From positions 13,640,001 to 13,704,000 of the forward strand of contig OZ004607.1 in assembly GCA_963924565.1 (NCBI GenBank): a DNA stretch of 64,000 nt. Reading direction: 5' to 3'. Within the stretch, counting starts at the first letter, position 1. Each line of letters opens with the position of its first letter. The stretch comes from Ascidiella aspersa (Eukaryota). Both the position numbers and the translations under genes were made by a program. Positions 26,971-40,825 of this stretch are shown piece after piece. The notes under the pieces are model-generated. The model did no database searches. It saw only the letters and a list, made by a program, of their open reading frames with translations, and was not told where the DNA came from.

Positions 26971-29900
26971 ATAGTGATAAAATAGCAAGCGCACACAAAG
27001 TTTGGACAAGACATGCGAAGTATAAAGGCCAAACACATATTTTAGCGTACACCCACGCTAGCTTGTTGATTGTTGCACAGTCGTAATCGTTTTGTTTGAA
27101 CCAAGTCACTACTGCATTGTTGGTTGTAGTTCAAATAGACTGTTTACAAAAAAAAAATTGTATTTTGCTTTTCAAGGAGACAAACCCAAATTCGTAGCAC
27201 CGACATTTTGCATATTTCCTTGGGCCTAAGCAAGCATGGTCTATGTCATACGGATTAAAGTTCATGCGGAGATAGTGCGGTGTTGAGCTTTATCGTCCTG
27301 TTAAGAAAACCTTTTGCCTTCGCTACCCCCCGGGGCAAGCAAGAGAGAGCAAGAGAGGTATTTTCGCGGCCGCAGCTGGAATCGGATTATTTACGCTTTT
27401 CTTGCCTGCCTCTGGCCATCGTCTATTTTCGTAGGTAGTTTACCTTACATAACCAAGTCACAAATGGCCGAAACAGTTCAATCGATGTTCTTGACATGCC
27501 CCTCGCGAATTAACAACAACACAATCGAACAATTACCTACTGTATAATTGACAATGGGCTTCGGTAAATAAGTAATTACAAAAACAAAAATAACCAGGAG
27601 CATGGAGCCGGCCGCGTCTTTTGACCTTACAAACGGGACTAAAATGGGTTAAATTTGTCCGAGGCACCGTTGCGCCACGCCGTTAATGTTCAATACAAAC
27701 TCGACGATAATGCGGGACAAAGCCGACCGAAAACAGCCCGCTGTGAGAAAGGATTCCGGAGAAAACCGGCGGCGGCGATCGATTCTTTAATAAAGCGCGC
27801 CGGTGTATGGAAGTAATCCCTCTGTTGGCCCCTTCTAGTATGATGTATTGTGCCTGCGTTTGACTGTGGAAGAACCGGCGGGGTCGGCATTCAGCGCCCG
27901 GACGAAATTGCGCCGAGCGACGAAAATCGGCTTGCCTTGCAGGGCCCCACAATCGGCGCCCTGTTATGATTGCCATCAGCGCGCCCTGTGTTCTCAGGTA
28001 GTGCGTGTTATTTGTGCGGCACGAAGCTGAGCGTGACGGCTATTCGCGGGCGCCCAAGCGAGACCCGGGCTCCCCCCAAGCCCGCTTTCCGCAAAGTGGA
28101 GGTTCACTAAGATGCGCGCCCGTGCTGGGCCGTTTGCCTTGCGCCAGGTCTTTGCCAGGCTATTGACAGACAGGCGACTTTGAACGAGTTTTAAGCGGGC
28201 AAGGCAACTTATGCCCTGTTTAAAAAACTCGCAGCTTTTAATCTGCCAACTCAACTTTTTTGCACTCGTAAGTTCATTTTGTGTGCGCTTTTTTTAATTA
28301 TTTACGTTGCGGCTTTGAATTTTTGTTCTTTCTTGCGGCACTTTCATTATTTTTACCATTGAAATGATGTCTTGCAAATCCATGTTTGTGTTTGTGACAA
28401 AACGGAATCGCTGATATATGACAAAAATCGTAACACGAGTGCAAAACCTGAACAGCAGAAGCGAAACTCGAGTTGTGCTACTAAACAAAGATTGCGATAC
28501 GTTTTCCAGCCCAGAAAAATGCTATGAGTCATTAGGCTGGATGGTTGTGGTGCAAGTCCAGCTCCATTTACGCCGATCAAGGGTGCTAGCGCTTTGCTTT
28601 GCGACCGCAACGACCCCCTCTCGGTGACTTAAACGCCCCTTCGCGCTCCTATTTTTAAAGCAAATTAAATGTAATTTAGCGCAAATCCAGTCCGCTCCTT
28701 CCTGTGTGGCCTGTCTCTTGGCGCAATCCATCACGACCGTTCCGCGCCGATGAACTTGATACAACGTTACATTATCATCCAGCCCGGTTTCACGGAACGT
28801 TCGACATTTCTTGAGTTGAAAACAGCGGCTCAGTCATATTCTGTTTCGGTTTACCGCATGAGTCATTCGAGAGAAAAATTCTTTACCTCGGTTAATTGCC
28901 AACCTTGAAAAAACAAACACGGTTTAACACGAATATGTCCCGAGGCTAGGTGTGTTAACGTAAGCTTTTTATGGTCTGCGGTGAGTAAATAGCCCTATCG
29001 TCAAACGGGCCTGTTTAAAGTTCGGTCTCAAAATGTAAAAAAAACATCGTCTTGTGATGCAAGCTCACCACCTTGTGTCCCAAGTTATGTTTGGGCTGTT
29101 CAGAAACGCTGGGCGTTAAAGTGAATAAAAAACATAACAATCTATAAATCATGTCACTAATGAATAACAGCTACTGCTTATAAAATAAAACAGTCATAGC
29201 AAAACCGTGCTTCATCAGGTTAAAGTAGAGTGAAATCATTCAAAACAAACAAAAAGTCGCACGAAGTAACCATAGTAACAGGTTTAATGGGACAGGATTT
29301 CCTTGTCGGGCCAGTTTTTTACCTTTAACCTTAAAGTCGCATTTTATTAAGGGTTACCAATTAATACCCACTAATCTTTGAGTGGGTAACATAAAGTTTA
29401 AATGGTAACCTTTGTTGATTTAAATTTTCTAAAACAATTGTGGTTTTAAATCCATATTATCAACTGGATTTCAAGTAGGCCTACGGTACATTTTGTACCC
29501 AGCGCTCTGGGGAACCAGAGTTAATCCTAATGTGCCGGTGTTTTAAATATGATGGGCCGTTGATGCATGTGAAAAACTATTACCGATCCTTGTTAGCATT
29601 CCTGGAACCTGACTTTATTTATATGTCATCAAAAGGGTTTAAAAAATTGCTTTCAATTCAACAATAAAAGGACTAACTATGATTCCTTCGTACGTTAACC
29701 GCGTTTTGACCTGGAAGAAATGAAAGCTATAACCATGTATTGTGTGCTTTGAAATCATGGCGGGTCGAATAATAATATTATCGACAATGTCGGGCCTCGA
29801 TGGCCATCAATTGTTTGCCTTTCGGCCAGTTGCGACTTTGCGTAAAATAATTTTTTCGGTGGGTATCAATAAAAATGATGAATCATGTTCTTTAAGGAGT

Positions 29901-31530
29901 ACGTAAATGCCAGCCCAGTTCGTGGGAACGAATTCTATTTCGCTTTATCGACGGAACTGGGATTTTAGTGGTCACATTTCATTTTGTATGATAATCTAGT
30001 AACCTGCCGTTTGTATTAAAAAACCCCTTGAAATACGGTTGTTTTCGAGGAAGTTCCGACGTTCTTCACTCCTTTATGTTGATTCATCATTTCGAAGAAA
30101 TATATACTCCCTCGAAAAAAGGACACGACAGTGAAAAAAGTATTAATTCCGAAAAATGTATGTAAATCGCGTTAAAATCGCTGTATCAAAGTTGTATATT
30201 AAAAAATCCTGACTCGGCAGGCATTTTAAAACAATACAAGCCTTGTTGAACGCACGGCTAAATGTGTATATTCTGTCGCCGAGGAAAAAAACTAGCAAGC
30301 CGCACATGGGACCCATTGTACCGCCGCCAGGCAGTCTCGAACGTTTTCGTTGACTTTGTCAAAGTGTTAATTTGTTAAACTAAAACTCTCGAGCCCGCAA
30401 AGGCACACACGCGTCCCTCTTCGCCGCCTGCTACACCGGCTAGGTCACGTACGTCAGTGGTTCCGTGTTTCAACAAATGCGTAAGTTTTAGTGACGTCAC
30501 CGTTTCGTCACAGGTTTACTGGAGGAACTCTGCGAGTCGTTTGTGTTGCAACGCAGCTATTTACCTACCGGTATGCTTAACCGAGACATACGTGCGTTAG
30601 CTCACACATTGGGAAAAACTGAAGGTTTTTGAGCGTTTGGTTTTGTCGGTGGTTTGTTTGAATCAATATATGATTCACCCGGTGCAATCTCAAAGATTGC
30701 AACAACAAATTTGCGTGCCGTAGCTTAAGCTCGAAGTCAGTTCTCAGTATCACGCGCCGAAAAATTCTGGTTCCGACTGTAATCCATCTGGTGTCCTTGT
30801 TAGTTGTTGGTTGCAAAACTGTGGCTTTTAACGACCTTGACCAGAGTTAACATTTTACCTCAATTTAATACGATCGATTGTAAGGCGAGAGGTGTTCCTA
30901 CTTTTCACACAAATGTTTTCCATATAGGTTGACCCTGTAAAACGGGTAATCCTGTAGAGAAGGTCATTTGGTAGTAAACGTTGGTCATGTTTACTAAATC
31001 GATCAATGTGCCGCTCGTTTATCGTTTCATGTCGATTTGTGTTGTCTATATTTAGAGACGTAGCCATGGCGAAATATGTTGTATTTAAATATACATTTTA
31101 CTACTAATTCCAATCGTTTTCTCCGTTATTTGATATCGCTCGGTGAAAGGTTAACCTTGTGATATTACGACAGAGGACTTGCTCCGATACGCCGCTAGCG
31201 GAAACGTGACCTTTCGTCACGACCGAGTGATAAAAATCTGCAGCAACGGAAATATTCGTTTAGTAAATTGTACAACATTTAAAACATCGTTAAATATGCT
31301 GCCAGGCAAAGAACATTCAAAAGAAGCTCTTCCGGTAGTTATTCATTTTACCTTACCCAAACTTGGGCGCGTGATGTTGTTGCATTACTTGATGAAGGAT
31401 TCCTGTTTAGGTAGCTAAAACTTCGGATTAAATAAATAAGTACCGGACGAGCTTCTTTTTATGTAAAACATCGTTGTAAACTTTTTTTCTCAAATTTATT
31501 ATACATGGTTTTAAACTGTTTTCATATTTT

Positions 31531-31617
31531 TTTTATAAAGGGTTTAGTTTATAAGGGTTTTAGTTTAAAGTTTTATAAAGGGTTTAGTTTACAGTTTTAT
31601 AAAGGGTTTAGTTTATA
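31531..31617. repeat. Short tandem repeat with core ATAAAGGGTTTAGTTT (~4 imperfect units)
   Basis: Repeated ttttataaagggtttagttt units are directly visible. Confidence 0.8.
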
Positions 31618-33890
31618 AATTTGCAAAGTTTAGAGTAAGTTCAAGACTATATTTTACTTCTAACAGTAAAATGTCCAGGCATCTTTGTCTCGGAACACAT
31701 ATTAGTCGCGAATGGCAGAGCGAAAGCTATTATCAAAGACGTGCATTATACAGTATTTCGCTAAGCTCGCATTCCTCAATCGTTGGCATCTGCTGATAAC
31801 GAAAAACTACACAAAAGAGCGCCAACAGATACAGCGGCCGGAAGATGCTTGTGGAGCATCAAACGGACGCTTGTGGAATCAGGGATTTCGCACGCTCAAT
31901 ATTCGGTCGATTTAGATTACGCCGGCCTGGCTGGTTCGGGCGTTTTCACACGGACGACGCGCCCTCGGTTCCACTCTAATGTCATTTGAACCGCGGTAAG
32001 TGACATCCATTACCGCTAAGGCAAGGCATCGTGGGTAGAGTGAGGTGGCAACCCAACAGCGAAAAGCGCTTGCCTGCTGCCTAACATCACAGCGCGCCGA
32101 AGCCCCAACACTATCAGATGAATAACAAAGGAGGAAACACGATAAGAACCCGCACGACCTTTCCAGTGCCACGGGAATAAACAGACGCATACCGTGCGTC
32201 GCCAGCAGAAGCAACAACAGCGAAAAAAGGCTTTGCGACGGGCAGGAAATGTTGACACCATTCCTGAAAGTCGAACAAATAGCGAAAACCCCGATGACGC
32301 GACGATTGTTTACAGAGCATAGGACCGTTCCGATTCCGCCGCTGACGCTCGTAAAGCTGTAGGATCCCGTAAAAATCGACCCAATGGCTGACGCTAATTC
32401 GGGCAACACCCCGGCTTGTCTTTTGTGCGTGAAAGCGAGTGATTCGATCGTGACTTGGCGTGATACGGTCGAAGTGACTTGTTGACCACGGAACAGTTAA
32501 TAGCCGGTAAACTAGGAAACACGGACGCCGGCTTTCCTTATCGCCCGCGACGCTTCACTGGGCCACAGCAGCTTGTTTCCTCCAACAAGCCAAATGCAGT
32601 GTTTTTGTCACGGCCGAGCTCGGTTCGTCTTGCGAGGTCTCGGGAAAAACATCCTATTATTCTCCGTCGTGACGTCAGAGGCATAGTTTTTAAGTAACGC
32701 TACACTTGTTTGCTGGGATCTTGGCATTTTCACGAGTTCGGACTGTCCGACTTGTTTTTAAACCTCGCCTCGCAGTTGACATTTGAACACGCAACGTGGT
32801 TCAACTGTGTAATCCTTATAGACCCTATGTAATTTGTTGTTATAAGACATTTTGAGTTGTCGTCGGCTGAGTGACTTTACCAAGGTAATTTCTTAAACTT
32901 GTTTATTCAATATTGCAAGCGAAATCATATTAAAGTTGTATTTTTCCGTTTTTAGAACACTTCTTTAACCAAGAGATGTTTTGCTGTTTCTCCACTCATA
33001 ATACCAATAATACATTAGCAAAACGTAGGTATGACCATCTTTGGCATTATCGAGAACAATCGCCCAGCGTAATGTTAACATTGTTGATCTAAGCCTATAT
33101 TTCTGTTTCTACACAATAAATTCGTTGTTTATGAAACACCAGAATTTTTTTAAATAGTACTCCACTCCCTGGAGTCGTGTGTTTGTGTGCGTTGCCGATT
33201 TGTTGTCGCAATCAGTAACATTTGTTACAATAAAGGAATTGTGCTTTCGCTGATTCATCATAGCAGTTGCCTTTCGCATTAAAACTAAATGTTAAGTCGG
33301 GTAAACTACAAAACCAGCGAAGCATGTTTAATTTACAGGTTTACAGCAAATGGTAAACATCACGCCATATAAAATGAGTCATCAACGCTTAATGTGATGT
33401 ATCCTTGCCAACCAGGCCGCTGGAGCAAATTTATCTAGATTACATAGCGTTATAAATGAGCTCAATTGACCGTTACACTATTTACTTTTTGCCGCCCACG
33501 AATCCGTAACCAGGCTGCATTGTTTCGTGTAGCGCTGTGTTTTTAATATCACTTTCTATTCGCGGATCGCCTTTGTGAAGCTCGGCCCTCACCTATTTTG
33601 AGCCCTCTCGTCATAATTTTGTGTTCGAGCTGGGCGTTGGCCGGCTTTCGAGCGCAAAGCACTTGCGGCTCCTCTATTGAAAACTGTACCACTTTAACGA
33701 AAATCCAACCCACCGAGCACGCAATTGTCCATTTATTAACCCAATGGCAAGTGCGATTTAATACTTCACAGGAAAAAAACCCGCTATTTCCAAACGTATA
33801 CTATACATCGGAACTCTATTCCTAAATGTTAACCCAAATATTTTTTCTTTGAAAATTAAAAAATTAAAATGCATGATTTTTACTTATAAG

Positions 33891-34443
33891 CAGTGGTGGG
33901 ATTCAATTGTTTTGTCAGCCGGTTCTACCACAAAAGTAATATTTATCAGCCGGTTCTGTATAAAAAAGTCATATTTTTCAGCAAATAAACTGAATATTTT
34001 TTTTATATTCGACAGAACGTCGTTTTACGAAGATAAATAGAGATTGAACGTATGTTACAAGAACAGAACAGGTTTCAGCTCCACGGTCCAGGAAATGGTG
34101 CGAACCGGCTAAATGCCATCACTGCCAGATCAGCCACAATAAAGCAGCAGATGTATTATTATGACTTGTACTTATGATGCAACAATTCAGATTTTAGACA
34201 ACCACAAAAACAAAATTACTACAATTATAAAAAATTAACACAATGCATCACTGTTACGCGCTTGACTGTTGCAACATTTTAAAAACAAAAAAATGAGCTT
34301 CTTGGATGTCAAAAAGCGGTGTTTTAGATAAGATGCAAAAATCCATTGACAGTAACCAGTAATGCTAACCGGTTCGCTGATCACATAAAATTTTGTAAGA
34401 CAGTTTTATAGAACCGGTGCGAAACGGCTGAATCCCACCACTG
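33891..34443. mobile_element. hAT MITE with perfect 8-bp TSD
   Basis: TIRs CAGTGGTGGGATTCA...TGAATCCCACCACTG; TSD CTTATAAG on both sides; an internal degenerate copy of the right end near 34095-34123. Confidence 0.9.
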
Positions 34444-37400
34444 CTTATAAGGCCACTGAAGTGGCCGTCAACCGAATGAAGCAGTGGTTTTCAACCCTTT
34501 TTAGTAACGGACCCCTTCAAACAAATATCAAACATGCTCTTAAGAACTGTTGTTTTAATTTTTTTTACTTTTGCACATTTACATTGCATAAGCGTATCAC
34601 CCTTAGTAAAACTGATTTAAATTTAATTATCATGGAACAATTATTGGATGATAAGTTATAGTTCTTCTAAACTTCAAAGGTATGTTTTAATTTCCAAAAG
34701 CTTCTTATTTCACACTAAATTTTCTATGACAAATAAGTGTTATCTGGACCGACGCAACCTTCGGCGTTGGCAGGCGACGATCGATATAGACATAATATAT
34801 TTAGCAGTTAGAGCTCACTTTACACCCAGGTCATTTCAGGACACCGAATTATCGAAAAAAAAGTTAATCCTGTTACCTCTGTGGTGCGTTAAATCCGACT
34901 GTTTTAACCTTCATTGATCTGTAAAATCGGCGAAACGTTCTTAACTTACACTGTGCTCTAGAGTAGACAGATTGTTCGATGTTTGGGTTTTTGCGTCTAA
35001 AGTTTCAACCGCATAGTGCTTCTGCTACATCATTGTATAGAATTTCTTTCACTTTTTGCGATAAACCCTTGCTTAATTTCACCTTATTTTGCATTTACAC
35101 ATTTTAAAGAGAAATAGGTTTGTAGCCTATGTCAAATTTGTTTGTAGCTATTAAAAAACAAAAAAACTAATTTTTTCAGCCTTGCAAAGCAGTTTTCTCA
35201 TCCAGTGTACTTATGATACTTGGATGCTTTGACCAATTTAAGCAATTGTGTACTTACTTCAACCAGACTAGTGCAATCGAAAGAAACAAAGGGGGGAAAT
35301 TGTAGTCCTTGATCCGGTTCCAAAGCTGAAAAAAATATTGTCATTACATTTTAAGCAACATGGTTTACACAAAATGAGATTTTCCCAGGTTTAACCAGAT
35401 AAACGCACGTTCAACAAAACAATGTTTCATATTGGTGTTTTACCATATAAAGCTGAATGGTCAAATGATTCTAAATCCACATTGCAAAAGGCACTCCAGT
35501 TCTTCTTTATAATATAGGCGACTAAAAATTCAACTAAAGGCTCGTGTGAAGTTGGTTATTCGCGCACGAGTTCAACTTGGCATATTACGTTACTTGTTAC
35601 GTATTTTTCTGTAAATGTTCATGTCACCCTGATTCACCCGGAATGTATTAACAGATCTCTAGACTATATTATTCAATGAACATCATTTCGCAAGTCTAAA
35701 TGCCCAACTTATGTATGATTTTTTATCTCTTCCCATAATACTACACTCTTACTCAATTTGCTTTGTAGTACGAAGCATGTTACCTAACTTAGCGGCAAAT
35801 TTTATTACATAGGAAAATGGTTTGTCGAGCTGCACCAACAATTTCAAATCTGACATGTGTTATTTGATTGAAAATTTTTGTTGAGATTTATCCATACGAT
35901 TTGTTTAAAACATTTTTTATATATTGCGTCGAATAAAAAATATAATATTTAGGTATCCAAATTTGAATTAAAATTCGAAGACAAAACTTTTTTTGACTAA
36001 ATCAAATAGCACTTGTGATGATTACTTGTCAATATAAGTCCGTAGCCCCAAAACCAGAACGCAAGCAGGGGGCCTTGAGGCGGTGTGTATATAGCCTACA
36101 AACTGTAGTCACCGTTCCGGTCGTGTTCGTTCGGTGTGAGAGAGGCCTCCGCTGACAGTCACACATAATAGCCGCCGCGCTCGTATGAAATCAGCTATCC
36201 AAACACTCGCCAATGCGACGCAGAGCATTGACAGGTCGCCGCCTCAGCGTAATCCCGCAGGTCGACGGGGTGCGCTTCAATAACGAACCCGATTGAACTC
36301 CGCATCTGACAGGCTGCGCACTCCACCCGACGCCCTGGACCGTTACCCTATAACGCTGTATGTCTCCAGGATGTGGACACACTTTGTGGATGTTGACCTA
36401 ATTGTGCCTTTTAAACCGCTTTAGGGAGTCGCCGTTCGCCTGATGTCATTGCCCAGCTGCTGACGATGCTTCAGGCTTCTCTGTTCCTTTTGCTGCGGTG
36501 GCTAAGTTGTGGTTAATGAAATAATGTTACGCACATTTTTGACTGGGGTTCAAATGGGGGCGGCTTTAACCGGAACGGGCAAAATATAGGTGAATTGAGT
36601 TTTCCGGAAAACTGCGATCGATGGAACACCTCGAATGTAATTTTAGTCATTTATTGAAACGCGATTAACTGCACCATGTTTATAAGTTGAGTAACTTGAA
36701 AATCGAATGTTTGATTGATTTAATTGTTGCCCCATAGATTAACTTTATTTTAAACCATACTAAGATCAAAGTTTGCGAAAGCAATAATTAAATTTTAGGT
36801 CTACTTTTTACAATCCTTTTACACCTGAAATTATGCAATCATATGCGGATTCAGTCTTGAAAACACTTCAGACATAACTTCAAAAGACTTATGTTATAAA
36901 AAAATAATCTTAATACACCTGTTGTTCTGAAAGAACTAGTGCTTATTCTGAAAGTTTCATCGCAATAGGTAAAAACGTGCGTTAATTGATTTAACATAGA
37001 AAAATATGAAAAGGGATTTTTAGAGTTATTTTGCAAAAATTAAACTTGATTATGAGTGTACATTTGTTTTTTAATAATTTTTGCCGCTCCCTAAAACCAT
37101 GTCCGTGGAGGCGGTGCCGATGAATTGTTACCTAGCAATGCAAAACGAATTATGAATATACCAGGCCTAAAATGAAGGAATTCTGTTATTTGTTTACGAA
37201 GCAAGCGAAAAGTAATATCATAATCAGAAAAACAGAAAAAAACTAAGTTGGACAGGTATTATTTTACATTTACTTAGATAAATAAGGTACAAAATATAGC
37301 TAGACGGCTTTGAAAAGCATTTATATGTTAGCAGCTCGCCTACTTTTCAACCTGACGACACAAGGAGTTGTTTGGGGAGTTAAAGATCGACAGATTAACA

Positions 37401-37519
37401 ATGGCTCGTCGTCAAAGCTTCATTAAACCGAATTGGTATTTATTGTTTACTTAAACTCTTTGCTTTAAATAACATTTTATGGGAATTACTTTATGGCAAT
37501 AAAATTTCACCTTTTTTAT

Positions 37520-37774
37520 TTAAGCCATTTTACAGCGTTCTACATAAGTAATTTTGCAATACATCTAGTCCCACTCAAGTCATTTGTAAAATAACTTAAC
37601 TCCGAGTCAAGTCTTTTTAAGCAAATTCAAGTCATTGTCAAGTCGTAATTCGACGAAGTTGATTTCACAGTAAACTATTAAAATTGGTAAAGCAACAACT
37701 TAATTAAAATTAACGAAAACCAAACATACTGCAATTGTTTTATCTACGAAACATAGAAAAAAAACTTTTTTTCA

Positions 37775-37805
<31 letters not shown>

Positions 37806-37935
37806 TTGGGAAAAAAAACACTTTATTTCAATCGAAGTCATTTGTCTTAAAACGTAATTATCGAGTAAAGTCATTTGTCCAAAATAAATAAATCAGGGCA
37901 AGTCATTAAAAACAGTGGCTCAAGTCAAAGCATTG
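37520..37935. mobile_element. Degenerate inverted copy of the AAGTCA/TGACTT-repeat MITE (family of 51378-51799) containing a long poly(A) run
   Basis: Shares aagccatttta, aactatt-aaattggtaaa and multiple aagtca motifs with the reverse complement of 51378-51799. Confidence 0.6.
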
Positions 37936-40293
37936 GGTCGTTTAATTTTCTAAAACTAAAAAATGGATAGCGAAAACAAAAAGGTTGGTACCAACTAAAG
38001 AATCGGCGAAAGGTATGTGGTCAGCAAGTTTTTGTCAACCGATAACGATGACTACTGTATGAGACAACATTTAAGACAGTTAAGTAGCCTATAGATGTTT
38101 AACCACAGCGATAAGCAGTTAATCAAATTTGTCACTTCCGTAATTACAAGTAGCCTAAAACAAGGCATTATAAACAGCAGATTTAGATTGAAATGCCGCT
38201 AGTGAAATTTTAACATCGTCACTCAAACCAAGCAACTTGGGTCTACTTTTACTCAGTGTATGGCCTGATACACGGTTGGATCAGCCCCGAATGTTAAGCG
38301 TGTTTTACCATTAGCAAATTCAGACTAACCGCTAATATTGTAACTAAATTGGGCTTAAAACTTTTGTACATTTTTTATTGTGTTGTTACCTGTAAATATA
38401 AGGTTGGCTTGTTGTTGGTCTATAGACGGGTTCGGACCATGCTTAACCAGACAATTTAAAATCTGTTTGAAAGCAAATTGCGCAACCTAGCGGAACAATT
38501 GAAGCTACGATTATGTTTTAGCATTGCCTCTTTTAAAGGTACATAAAACAAACATAACATTGATAAATAAGAAATAGTGCTATAACACATAATTGTTCAC
38601 ATTTTATGTGTACACTTTATGTGTAGGCCTACTGGATTTTGAGATTTTATGCACAAATAACGTTACTGGACAAGAGGTGTGTTATACGTGTTCTTACACA
38701 TTCTAAGGTCATATTTTCGCTGACATTCGAAAAATGATATTTTTGTTTAACACTATGGGTGTCAAAATAAAAATAAAAAACAAAATAGACGAATCGTCTG
38801 ATGGGCTTTGCCATTATTTAAACGGGAAAGCCCCGTTAAACAAACCACATTTCTTATAACAAGGTACACAATTAGCTCGTTACAAAGCGGGCCATTGTTT
38901 CAGCATTTTGGGGGAAATACTTGGGTTTTGACTGGATTTCAACAGAATACTGTTTTTCTTTACCTGTTGCTGTTCTCTTCGCATGTGTGTCAAACAGCTT
39001 TCGTTCACTTTCAATTAAACTTTTACAGTTCCGAAATTAAAGGTTGTTACGATAATAATTTATTTAACGTTTGTTATTTTCCAGTGGTATGAGCCTAATT
39101 ATTTTTGGTAAATAAAACAAACAATAGTTTTACCAACTTGCTATTTAAATTGGTGTTATTTCCAAAAGTGTTAAAATATAAAGAAGTAAACAGGCTTCCA
39201 AAATGACACTTGACAAGAGTAACAAGACATCATTTGATACGTTAGTTCAGTGGAATATAACATAATACGATGTACAATAGTATCAGAAACATTGTTTTTT
39301 AAATTGTAGACGGGTCTCCGTCTTTAGATAGTGAGCCAAAACACCCTGCGACACTACTTGATTAATGTTCGTTTGGTTTACCGTTTTATACATATGGAAA
39401 AGTTGATTTACAGAGCTTTACATGCTAAATTTAAAATAAAATAATTTTGAGTTACTACTATAAACTGCCTAAATTTAAAAATGCCATGTTTGTTCTATTT
39501 TCCATTCTTCAGACATGTTAAATAGGGAGATTCCCTTGGTCTTCCCCGTGTAATATATCCTATACAGTAGAAATATACCAAACAAATTTTTCTTCCCAAA
39601 GGTTTGTTTTACCTTTGTAAATAAACATAAAGTCACAGAATGTTTGCATATTCTTATTAGAAGTATGTAACTTAAAAGAGAAAACAACTCATTTATGAAT
39701 ATTTTTGTGTGAAAGGCGGCAACCTCAAAAATATATCGGATTGGATTTATTATCATACCGATTAACACAGCAATCTTCGCGCTCTGCAAGAAATGGCAAC
39801 ACACGTTACGCCGTTAACTTATTATTGTATTTGCTGCTTTCAGTTATTTTAAGAGTTCTTAGAAAGCTTACCAGCAGGTGAATACGCAAAGTAAAATAAA
39901 ATTAAACAATTATACAAATTGCGCTTTTGGGTAATTATAGTGCTATTCGGAAAACTTTACTCTGCAAAATATGGCGCATGCCAGTCTTCAGTGCAGCACA
40001 CTCTGTGGGCCGCTGTGGCAAGTGCACATGCCCATATTTTTTAAGAAACACCTGATTAAGTATATTGCAAACTTTAATTTCGAAAAATGTTGAATTTTGG
40101 TAGGATTTCCAACCTAAGGCATGTAAAAAACATGATTGCACAAATACACCCATCAATTTTTTTCTGCAATTAAAACAAGAGCACCTTTGTTTTTTTTTAA
40201 GTATTTTCGTAGAGACTAATATGTCAACATTTGTGAAATTTAGTATAATATTGTATAATAAACAGACTTATTATATATATAATACCTCTATTG

Positions 40294-40788
40294 CAGTGGT
40301 TCTCGGCCACCGGTCCTGCCAGGTATATTACAATTTTATATCTTGGTTGCAAAATGCAAGATGTTAAAAGCTTGTGCATCAAATGTAGAACTTTGCCAGT
40401 TCCGTAATGTGCTGCATTGTGACACAACATAGAGTTAATGGTCTAATTTGGACTTTATTGTTCGTCACAAGGGCGCAAGTGTTGTATTAGGCTACAACTC
40501 GTTTAATTCTTAAGCTTTAAAACCAGTTGTAGGTGAAAAACTTCAATGAACCACATAAAACTCGTATGATATCAAAAAGACAGCAGCAAATTGCTTATTA
40601 AATTGATGTTTCCATTCTTTGCTTTTAAGTTGCATATACTTTTGTCGTAATTACATTTATGGTTGATTTTGATTTTTGAAGGTCCACTGGTCCGCAAAAC
40701 TTGTTGCAAAAGATCACAGTTTCCAGCAAATCCAAAACTTGTTTTGAAATTTTACCTGTCCGTAAGCTAAAAAGGTTGAGAACCACTG
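40294..40788. mobile_element. hAT (Charlie-like) MITE with perfect TSD
   Basis: TIRs CAGTGGTTCTC...GAGAACCACTG; TSD CTCTATTG on both sides. Confidence 0.9.
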
Positions 40789-40825
40789 CTCTATTGCACA
40801 ATTTTGCAAATTTGTATAAATGGCA

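Noticed and set aside
26699-27109. Poly-alanine ORF
   Set aside because: Arises from a (GCT)n microsatellite; no other coding evidence.
31531-31617. Telomere-like or CRISPR-like array
   Set aside because: Only about 4 imperfect AT-rich units with no unique spacers; not a (TTAGGG)n tract; eukaryotic context.
36050-36520. Possible telomerase RNA or other structured ncRNA
   Set aside because: No CTAACCCTAA template and no recognizable H/ACA, RNase P or snRNA motifs.
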